From: Minisyncoccota bacterium
Lineage (GTDB): Bacteria > Patescibacteriota > Minisyncoccia > Phycocordibacterales > UBA2100
DNA length: 64,000 bases
Assembly (NCBI GenBank): GCA_031291875.1
Contig: JARLIE010000183.1
Span: 65,356 to 129,355, forward strand
Direction: 5' to 3'
Part shown: positions 18,964 through 26,014 of the stretch, in pieces
How the letters are laid out: the number at the start of each line of letters is the position of its first letter
How positions within the stretch are numbered: position 1 is the first letter of the stretch
Translations under genes and position numbers: made by a program
Notes under the pieces: model-generated
Seen by the model: only the letters and a program-made list of their open reading frames with translations
Databases searched by the model: none
What the model was told of the DNA's origin: nothing

Positions 18964-19776
18964 ATGCACGAGTCGATGAATACCAAGGGCAACATGCCCC
19001 CACGCATCGACGAACAGGCCGATTATTTCACTCGCTTGGGTGTGGCTCGCGGAGCATCGCGCAAAGAGATTGAAACCGCCTTTCGAAACCTATCAAAGGA
19101 ATTTCACCCGGATGCCGGGGGTGACGAGGAAAAAATGAAACTCATCAGCGAGGCATGGTCCGGGCTTAAGGACGATGCCAAACGTGCTGCATACGCAAGA
19201 GAACTGGACGGAATCGAGGCTACAGCCCGATCCTCACAAGAAAGTGCCTATGCTGATGTCAAAGGAATGCGCGAACAATTCGGTAGCCCTCGCGAAGAAG
19301 CGACGGAGGCCGTGAATGCGACGGATGAACAACCAGATGCAGCTCCAGAAAAGCTGGACGAAGAGAGCATGCAGGACAAACTCGATGAATTCGCTCGCGG
19401 GCGCGGATACAAAGATTTTGAAAGTTATATCCGCTCAGACGAAGCGCCACGAGAAACTTCTTCGTCGCGCGAGAACATGACTACCCGAGAACATCTCGAT
19501 CACGAGTACGAAAAGGTTCGAGATTCGATGGATCGCCTGGGCATGCAGGCCAAAATCACCTGTTTTGCGATTTTATATAACACCTTCATCTTGCCCTTTA
19601 AACCTATTGAACACGGCAAGGGAAAAGAAAAAAAGAAAGTATTCGATCCGGCGACGCAGGTGCTTGCGGGCGCTATTGATTCCACGTACGCCGTCGGCCT
19701 CTTAGCGATGCGGGTCCTTATGACAGCCGGCCGCATTACCCTCTTTGGTATTTCAAGACTTAAAACACAACAGTAA
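18964..19776 (+). CDS. DnaJ (J-domain) protein with C-terminal hydrophobic region
   Basis: DYFTRLGV...EIETAFRNLSKEFHPD...ISEAWSGLKD...RAAY. Confidence 0.85.
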   Translation: MHESMNTKGNMPPRIDEQADYFTRLGVARGASRKEIETAFRNLSKEFHPDAGGDEEKMKLISEAWSGLKDDAKRAAYARELDGIEATARSSQESAYADVKGMREQFGSPREEATEAVNATDEQPDAAPEKLDEESMQDKLDEFARGRGYKDFESYIRSDEAPRETSSSRENMTTREHLDHEYEKVRDSMDRLGMQAKITCFAILYNTFILPFKPIEHGKGKEKKKVFDPATQVLAGAIDSTYAVGLLAMRVLMTAGRITLFGISRLKTQQ

Positions 19777-19777
19777 T

Positions 19778-20032
19778 ATGACCGACGAACAGCACGACCT
19801 CGATGCACAAGATGCAGAAGCAATCCTCGCCCGCAAAGAGGATTTTCTCCGGGTAAATTCGCAAATCGACGAGGCTATCCAAGACGGGCAACGCAAGCTC
19901 GCCGCGCTTCGAGAATATTTTGCGACGACCGGCGAATCCCCCGAGGCGTTCGCAAGCAGTGCCAAAAAGATTCAAGCAGAAATCGCACAGCGTCTGCAGG
20001 CGATCGAGACGCAGGCTACCAAGCTGCGCTAA
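19778..20032 (+). CDS. Hypothetical helical/coiled-coil protein, 84 aa
   Basis: ATG sits 1 nt after the J-domain gene stop. Amphipathic helical composition. Confidence 0.6.
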   Translation: MTDEQHDLDAQDAEAILARKEDFLRVNSQIDEAIQDGQRKLAALREYFATTGESPEAFASSAKKIQAEIAQRLQAIETQATKLR

Positions 20033-20034
20033 AG

Positions 20035-20110
20035 TGGAGGCCACAGTGGGAGTTGCACCCACCCAATAGCGGTTTTGCAGACCGCCGCGTTGCTACTTCG
20101 CCATGTGGCC
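20035..20110 (-). tRNA. tRNA-Cys(GCA)
   Basis: Reverse complement GGCCACATGGCGAAGTAGCAACGCGGCGGTCTGCAAAACCGC...GGGTGCAACTCCCACTGTGGCCTCCA. Confidence 0.9.
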
Positions 20111-20153
20111 GACGGTGTTAATGTAGCATGAATTAACGTAATATATCGATACC

Positions 20154-20238
20154 GCCGGGATGATGGAATGGTAGACATAGGGGACTTAAAATCCCCAGAC
20201 CGTAACAGGTCGTGAGAGTTCGAGTCTCTCTCCCGGCA
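20154..20238 (+). tRNA. tRNA-Leu(TAA)
   Basis: GCCGGGATGATGGAATGGTAGACATAGGGGACTTAAAATCCCC...GTTCGAGTCTCTCTCCCGGCA. Confidence 0.95.
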
Positions 20239-20274
20239 AAAAAGATGCGACCCGAATGGGTCGCATCATGGAGA

Positions 20275-20910
20275 TCACACCACAGGCTGAAGAGGACGCG
20301 GCTGTTCGATCAGGGCTCCGTACTTCGGCAGAAATACGGTCTGCTGGAACGCCTCGAAACGAGCGAGATATTCCCCGCTCTCCTCGTACTTGATCACGAG
20401 AATGGGCAGGTTGAGCATCTTGCGCGTGTGGTTAAGGAAGAGCCGTGCCGTGCGGCTATTCATCTCCCAGAACGGGCTGATGCACAGCAGCATATCGTGC
20501 GCATACTGCGCGAGGGCGGCTCGCTCGGCTTCCGGATTGGCTTTCAGTCGTTCGACGCCACTTTTGATTTCAGCGTCGAGTTCGGCAACTAGCTGACGAA
20601 CGTGCGAACCGTGTGGAATCTTTTTGGCTGCCGCGTCTCGCCCGGTGCGGAACCAATTATTGCGCCTGCCGGTTAGGTCTGAATTGATGAGACCGACCGG
20701 ATTGAGTTGATGCGCATCGAGTAGCAGGATCTCCGCGATTTCGAGGTGACGTTTGATTTCCATGCTTTCCCAAACGCTGGGGTCGCTGAATTCGACGCTG
20801 GAAATCCGTGCACTATGCTCGACAAACTCTCGCACGGTATCCAAATCCTTCTTGCGCTGCTCGCGCAGTGCCGTCCTTTGCGCCTCAGTGAGATGCTTTG
20901 GCTGGAACAT
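20275..20910 (-). CDS. Fic/DOC-domain protein with degenerate active-site motif
   Basis: ISPFWEMNSRTARLFLN aligns to HPFxDGNGRxxR. Confidence 0.75.
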   Translation of the reverse strand: MFQPKHLTEAQRTALREQRKKDLDTVREFVEHSARISSVEFSDPSVWESMEIKRHLEIAEILLLDAHQLNPVGLINSDLTGRRNNWFRTGRDAAAKKIPHGSHVRQLVAELDAEIKSGVERLKANPEAERAALAQYAHDMLLCISPFWEMNSRTARLFLNHTRKMLNLPILVIKYEESGEYLARFEAFQQTVFLPKYGALIEQPRPLQPVV

Positions 20911-21024
20911 ATGCCGCTCCGTTGGTGGTTGTCCGCGGTGATAGTAGCAACTTGTCCGACATTTTCAAATCGCGAAAGTATTGTAGAATGCCGAGGTTCA
21001 TCGTATCGACACGACTGGACGTGA

Positions 21025-21097
21025 CCGCCCATAGCTCAGCTGGTAGAGCAGTCGCCTCTTAAGCGAACGGTCGTAGGTTCGAATCCTACTGGGCGGA
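21025..21097 (+). tRNA. tRNA-Lys(CTT)
   Basis: CCGCCCATAGCTCAGCTGGTAGAGCAGTCGCCTCTTAAGCGAACGGTCGTAGGTTCGAATCCTACTGGGCGGA. Confidence 0.93.
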
Positions 21098-21325
21098 CGA
21101 GTGAGTGAAATACAAATGCAGGCCTCAGTGCCTGCTTTTGTATTTCCGAGTGAGGAGACCCAGAACGAAGTAATGATAGAGCGGATGGGGGCATACCACC
21201 ACCGGCAACATTCTAAAAGTAGACATATCCCAAAACCATAGTCTGTCGCAACAGTATGCCTATAGTTACCCCGGCAGCATAGGTAACTTCAGCGGCCCTT
21301 CACCATTTTTCCTTACACTGCGCCG

Positions 21326-21499
21326 ATGAACGCCTATATAACGTACGGAGACAATCTTGATGAGCTGGTCCGCCAGCTTCGCGAAGAACTCTTTCACGAA
21401 GACGCTCAGGGCCTTAGTCGCTCACCCAAACCGCGTCCACGACGCAATCCGCTCGCACGAGAAGAAGCGATCGAAGAAGACTGCAGCAACTCCGATTAA
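21326..21499 (+). CDS. Putative 57-aa small protein
   Basis: MNAYITYGDNLDELVRQLREELFHEDAQ...; preceded by TACACT-N6-ATG, the same leaderless signature as the core genes. Confidence 0.45.
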   Translation: MNAYITYGDNLDELVRQLREELFHEDAQGLSRSPKPRPRRNPLAREEAIEEDCSNSD

Positions 21500-21579
21500 C
21501 GCTGCGATACCCTATTCACCAACGCGCCTCTTGCGAGAGACTATTTTCTATGCGATACAGCGGTACAATAGGAAACGCC

Positions 21580-21661
21580 GCTGGGGTGGCGAAATTGGTA
21601 GACGCACTAGGCTTAGGACCTAGCTCCGCAAGGAATGAGAGTTCGAGTCTCTCCCCCAGCA
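21580..21661 (+). tRNA. tRNA-Leu(TAG)
   Basis: GCTGGGGTGGCGAAATTGGTAGACGCACTAGGCTTAGGACCTAG...GTTCGAGTCTCTCCCCCAGCA. Confidence 0.95.
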
Positions 21662-21828
21662 CAAAAATAAGGAGACCGACGCATGTCGTCGGACGACTAT
21701 ATTTTTGTAACTGCGGGGAGAGGCTCGAAAGCCGGAGCCGGGGGTCCCCGCAAGCTTGCGGGGCGGCGAGGCGGGGTCGCGGAAATTTCAGAGCGACGGC
21801 GACGAAATTATCCGTGACCGAGTCTGTC
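21662..21828 (+). repeat. tRNA-3'-anchored structured element, copy 2
   Basis: Same architecture as 11981..12145. Positions 21715..21729 are complementary to tRNA-Leu 21642..21656 (14 Watson-Crick pairs plus one G-U). Confidence 0.85.
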
Positions 21829-21838
21829 TATCAAAAAA

Positions 21839-22174
21839 TTACTGCCCACTCTGAAAGAAGGTCACGCCAGGATTGACGTTAACACTCGTATTGGGATTGT
21901 AGTTGCCCGTGCCACTCGAATTCACGTTCACCCCGAAATTGAATGTGTTGTTGATCAGCGCGATGATACCGACCACCGAAAACATAATGACCATGCCGAC
22001 TACTCCCCAAATCATGTGCTGCTTACCCTCATCGGTGTGTCCGCCCTGGTTGAGCGCGAGCAAGAATTGTACAAGCCCCCAGATGAAGTAAAAGAATCCG
22101 AGCGCAGCGAGAATGAGGAGCGCAGGGTCGATGACGTAGGTAGTAAATCGTCCGACGACGTCTCCGACCGACAT
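21839..22174 (-). CDS. TrbC/VirB2-like pilin
   Basis: FFYFIWGLVQF...GKQHMIWGVVGMVIMFSVVGII two-TM pilin pattern. Confidence 0.75.
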   Translation of the reverse strand: MSVGDVVGRFTTYVIDPALLILAALGFFYFIWGLVQFLLALNQGGHTDEGKQHMIWGVVGMVIMFSVVGIIALINNTFNFGVNVNSSGTGNYNPNTSVNVNPGVTFFQSGQ

Positions 22175-22192
22175 AGGCTATTTCGCCGGGCT

Positions 22193-22552
22193 TTAGTAGC
22201 CCGTGTTGATCTGGATACCTTGCGGAATGACCGGCGTGGTCGAAGTGACCTGGAACGTCGACTGCAAGAGGCGGACTAATCCCCAGATCGAAACCATTAC
22301 GAAGATCGTGATAACACCGTAGAGCATCACCTTGAGACCGTCGGCTTTGCCTTCGGTTGCCCCAGTAAAGAGGTATTTGATGAGACCGTAGAAAAACGCG
22401 ATGATCGCGAGCGTGACCATGAGGCCGATCGCCGCGTTGAGGAGTGTGTTGAAGAAGCCGAGCGTATTGAGAAGCGACTGAGCGGATGCAAGCGCCGGGA
22501 GGGCGATGACAGCAAAACCCAGAACTGTAGTACCGATAACGCGTGCACGCAT
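22193..22552 (-). CDS. TrbC/VirB2-like pilin
   Basis: Signal peptide, FFYGLIKY...GLKVMLYGVITIFVMVSIWGLV. Start ATG at 22552 preferred. Confidence 0.75.
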   Translation of the reverse strand: MRARVIGTTVLGFAVIALPALASAQSLLNTLGFFNTLLNAAIGLMVTLAIIAFFYGLIKYLFTGATEGKADGLKVMLYGVITIFVMVSIWGLVRLLQSTFQVTSTTPVIPQGIQINTGY

Positions 22553-22681
22553 AGGAATAGTATTTATGTGATTCGGATTAAGTACTCTCATCGTACCGTG
22601 CATACGGGAAGGTACCTAGCGGACCTGTGGATAGCTCAGTACCGTAAAACCGACAGTTGCTGTTTTACGGTACTCGCCTTT

Positions 22682-23116
22682 TTAGTGGTCCTCCTTTTTT
22701 TCCTCGCCTCCCCCGCTAAACGCACCCGAGGTAATGACCAGCCACGCGAAGAGACCAATTAGTCCGACACTCAAAATGTACAAAGTCTGGCTCAAGTGCG
22801 TTTGTATGAACTCCACGACGCCAAGCACGAGGACCAGCGTAAAAAGCGTAGCCACTGCATATTCCATACGATGGATCGCGACGTCACGAGGACTATTATC
22901 GGTACCGAGCCTGACCACCCACATCATGAGCCCGGCCCCCATCTGCAAAAAAGCGGCGACAAGCGCCAAGCCGACAACCACATAAAAAAGTCCCGCGATC
23001 TGTGCTATCAAATCGGTTTCCGTCGATGCGAATGCAAGCGAAGGACTAAGCGCAAGAATCATCGCAGACACTGCAAGCTTTGCGAGTCTGAATTTTGAGC
23101 GCGCAGTCATACTCAT
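22682..23116 (-). CDS. Pilin-like membrane protein (three TM)
   Basis: Signal peptide ending LAFA plus TM helices. ATGA-coupled within the pilin array. Confidence 0.6.
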   Translation of the reverse strand: MSMTARSKFRLAKLAVSAMILALSPSLAFASTETDLIAQIAGLFYVVVGLALVAAFLQMGAGLMMWVVRLGTDNSPRDVAIHRMEYAVATLFTLVLVLGVVEFIQTHLSQTLYILSVGLIGLFAWLVITSGAFSGGGEEKKEDH

Positions 23117-23493
23117 TGGCCGAATTTGCAGTTAAGCCCGGTGCAGGTTTGCGCCGAGGTGCCGCTCGTCGTAGTCCCAATATTCGATCCGAAGAAGCTG
23201 TTCTGCACGAGCTGTACGATGCCCCAGATGGAAACGGCGAAGAATATAACGATAATGCCCCAAAAAAGCTGCTCTTTGAGCCGCTCTCGTCCCTCTTGCC
23301 CCTGCTTGAAAAGACTGCTGGAGATTCCCCAAAAATAAATGACGATGGCGAGCACAATAAGATCGGTCGTCGCGCTCCCCAAAAGCTGCACGATCTGATT
23401 CGCGAGCTGCCCGAATGTCTGGGGTGTAGCGGCGGACGCGAGCCCGGGCATGAGCGTCGCGCCGAGAGCAATGATGAGAATTTTTTTGGTCAT
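23113..23493 (-). CDS. TrbC/VirB2-like pilin
   Basis: IYFWGI...LFWGIIVIFFAVSIWGIV. ATGA overlaps at both ends. Confidence 0.75.
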   Translation of the reverse strand: MTKKILIIALGATLMPGLASAATPQTFGQLANQIVQLLGSATTDLIVLAIVIYFWGISSSLFKQGQEGRERLKEQLFWGIIVIFFAVSIWGIVQLVQNSFFGSNIGTTTSGTSAQTCTGLNCKFGQ

Positions 23494-23849
23494 GAGCCTC
23501 CGAGCACTTGATTGGCGGTCGACGCAATGAGCGTTGCGAGTACCCAAGCGCCGAGAATCAAAATTGCTCCCAGGATCACGTACATAAAATTCTGTTTTGC
23601 CTTTCCGAGTTTCTCTTCGTTGCCTCGCGCGAAGACGAACAGGAATCCGGAGTACACGATAAAAAGTGTCAGGATCGGAAGCGAAATTTGCACTACTGCT
23701 TTCAAGAAATCTGCGATGAAGGTCTGCAAATCCGGCACCTTTGCCGGGTTACTGAGCGTCTGGTCGGCAAACGCGACGAGCGGCGAAAGCGCGACGAAAG
23801 CGGCCCCTGCCGTAAAAACGCTTCGAAGTTTGGCGATACTGCGGTTCAT
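23490..23849 (-). CDS. TrbC/VirB2-like pilin
   Basis: LSNP...IVYSGFLFVFARGNEEKLGKAKQNFMYVILGAILILGAW. Confidence 0.8.
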   Translation of the reverse strand: MNRSIAKLRSVFTAGAAFVALSPLVAFADQTLSNPAKVPDLQTFIADFLKAVVQISLPILTLFIVYSGFLFVFARGNEEKLGKAKQNFMYVILGAILILGAWVLATLIASTANQVLGGS

Positions 23850-25162
23850 TGCGGTTGGTCTGCGGTGAGTAAGTTACCGATTTGCTGATTCGCACGGCCG
23901 ATTGCGTCTTGCGCTTTCATGGCTCCGCTATCAGTATCATCAATCATAGCTTGAAAAATTGGTCCTGTCTGGGTCGGATCCGGGTCTGCCCAGGTTCTCG
24001 TGATGAGCGACATCTGGTTAATGAGCCGCGTATTTGCCACGGTAGAAGTGCTGGCGGCGATGACGTCCCGACGAGCCGGCGCGTAGCCGAGCGATTGCGC
24101 GAGCGCTTGATCGACGGGAGCTGACGCGAGCAGGTACGCGACTGTAAGCGCGCTTTGGAGATTTGGGTCGTTCTTCGTGACAGCAATCGCATACACGGTA
24201 CCCGCGTCGATCGCGTTCGAGGAACTTCGCACCTGCGGTATGGGAGAAACTGCAAAATTCAAGTTGGGATTGGCGGCAATGATTTGCGGCTGCTCTCCGG
24301 CATACCCTACGTACATAGCCAAGTTGCCTGCGGAAAATGCCTGACTCGCCTCAGGCTGTGCATTATTCCAGCTGTAGTCGGATTGCGAGGGGTTGGCAAA
24401 TTCGGTGTAAAACTCAAGCGCTGTTTGCGCAGCGAGCGAGGCACCGCCTCCTGCTGCGAGCGCGGGCGCATATTGCCCCGCCGAATTTTGGGTGACGATC
24501 TTACCGCCCGCTTGTTGAATCAACATCGAAACAATATCTTTCGCTCCCGAAATATTTTGGTAGGTACCAAGCGCGATTGCAGCAGATTGGATGTTTCCGG
24601 AAGAGTCTCGCTTCACGAGCTGCCCTGCCATGCCCGGCAATTGATCCCAAAACTGTGGCGGTTGCGCAACGCCCGCTGTCGCCAGCATGTCCCTATTCCA
24701 ATACAAAACGAGCGGATCGACGAGAACCGGGAGTCCGAGAATACCGTTTGCGGTCATATAAGTATCGCCTGCGTCGACGAAGGTATTTTGGAATTGCGAC
24801 TGCGAGAGCGAACTGTACGGGAACTGGTAGACCTTATTGGCGTCATAGAGCGCCTCATCACTGCGAAGCAGGAAGAGATCGGGACCCTTGCCGCTAGCGA
24901 GCGCGTTCGCCAGATCTTGCTCGAACGTTCCTGGATTTTTTTGCACATAGGTAACCTGCGAGAGGCGCGAATCTTGTTCGGCCGCCGCGCGAATCACTTC
25001 CTTGACCGTCCCGGCGTCGAACGTTCCCCAAATCGTAACCGGCGAGAGTCCGCCGTTGCCACCTCCGGCAGTCGCGAGCGCGAACACCAAAATACCGGCA
25101 ACGCCGATCGCGCCGAATACGGCGAGGAGCACGAGTTGAAATGAGGAAATTCCTTTGCTCAT
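23846..25162 (-). CDS. Extracellular solute-binding protein (family 1, sugar-binding-like)
   Basis: N-terminal anchor, VTIWG, LASGKGPDLF, LVLYWNRDM, FSAGNLAM. Confidence 0.85.
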   Translation of the reverse strand: MSKGISSFQLVLLAVFGAIGVAGILVFALATAGGGNGGLSPVTIWGTFDAGTVKEVIRAAAEQDSRLSQVTYVQKNPGTFEQDLANALASGKGPDLFLLRSDEALYDANKVYQFPYSSLSQSQFQNTFVDAGDTYMTANGILGLPVLVDPLVLYWNRDMLATAGVAQPPQFWDQLPGMAGQLVKRDSSGNIQSAAIALGTYQNISGAKDIVSMLIQQAGGKIVTQNSAGQYAPALAAGGGASLAAQTALEFYTEFANPSQSDYSWNNAQPEASQAFSAGNLAMYVGYAGEQPQIIAANPNLNFAVSPIPQVRSSSNAIDAGTVYAIAVTKNDPNLQSALTVAYLLASAPVDQALAQSLGYAPARRDVIAASTSTVANTRLINQMSLITRTWADPDPTQTGPIFQAMIDDTDSGAMKAQDAIGRANQQIGNLLTADQPQ

Positions 25163-25746
25163 ACGATTGGTGTGCCGAGATCGGGGCGAGCGATCAAGCC
25201 CCAATGATGAGCCCCGGCATTGAATTCGCGAACGATCTCAAATCCGGCCTCGCGGATGAGGGCATCACCCGCGGCTTTTGCTACAACCTGCTTCTTATGA
25301 GGACCCATCATGCCAAAAGAGTCGGCCCAGTCGATCGCAACGAGGCTGCCGGACGGTTTCAAAATCCGTTTCGCTTCACGCAAAACGACAGCGGTATCTT
25401 CGAGTTGGAACAAAAGATTGGAAATAAGCACGAGGTCGATTGTTCCACCAGCAAGCTTGGAGGCCTTCGGTTTTTCCAAGTCGCTCCAAATAATTTTTAC
25501 ATTCTTCAAGCCGCGCTTCGCGGATTCGTTGTGAATGCGTTTGAGGAGCTCTCGCTGCACGTCGATCGCATACAACTTGCCTCCTTCTCCAATAGCCTCA
25601 GCAATGGGCCATACGTAATGGCCCGAACCCGCGCCGAAATCGGCGACTTGCATGCCCGGCTGTAGTTCGAAATGCAAACTATTGCGCACGGGATGCGCGA
25701 AACCTTCGGTGTTGAGCGGGACATGCGAACGCGCCGGGTGCTGCAT
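25159..25746 (-). CDS. Class I SAM-dependent methyltransferase
   Basis: VADFGAGSG, YAIDVQ, RILKPSG. Confidence 0.88.
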   Translation of the reverse strand: MQHPARSHVPLNTEGFAHPVRNSLHFELQPGMQVADFGAGSGHYVWPIAEAIGEGGKLYAIDVQRELLKRIHNESAKRGLKNVKIIWSDLEKPKASKLAGGTIDLVLISNLLFQLEDTAVVLREAKRILKPSGSLVAIDWADSFGMMGPHKKQVVAKAAGDALIREAGFEIVREFNAGAHHWGLIARPDLGTPIV

Positions 25747-25833
25747 CGGTATAAGTATATCGCAAGCGGCGGCCCTTTTGGGCCGCCGCAATTCCCCACT
25801 TGTGGGCAGCGAATGCTGCAGTCGTATGCGGAA

Positions 25834-26013
25834 CTATGAGTAAAAAATATCTGCCCAGGTAATGATGCCGAGCAGGAGTATCGTGATTGAGAGCAGTACA
25901 GCTACAACCGAGAGTGTCAGTTGCCGCTGACGATGAGGAGGAAGTTTGCTTTCGAACATCGTCGCGCCATCGAGCAGCAAATCTGCGACGAATGTCGAAA
26001 CGTTTTCCCACAT
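25834..26013 (-). CDS. Putative 59-aa single-TM protein directly after gyrA
   Basis: Hand translation MWENVSTFVADLLLDGATMFESKLPPHRQRQLTLSVVAVLLSITILLLGIITWADIFYS. ATG sits 1 nt after the gyrA stop. Confidence 0.55.
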   Translation of the reverse strand: MWENVSTFVADLLLDGATMFESKLPPHRQRQLTLSVVAVLLSITILLLGIITWADIFYS

Positions 26014-26014
26014 A

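Noticed and set aside
20035-20110. tRNA-Cys T-loop reads TGCAAC instead of TTCGAA
   Set aside because: The stems and CCA end are intact and such T-loop variants are known, so it is not treated as a pseudogene or a novelty.
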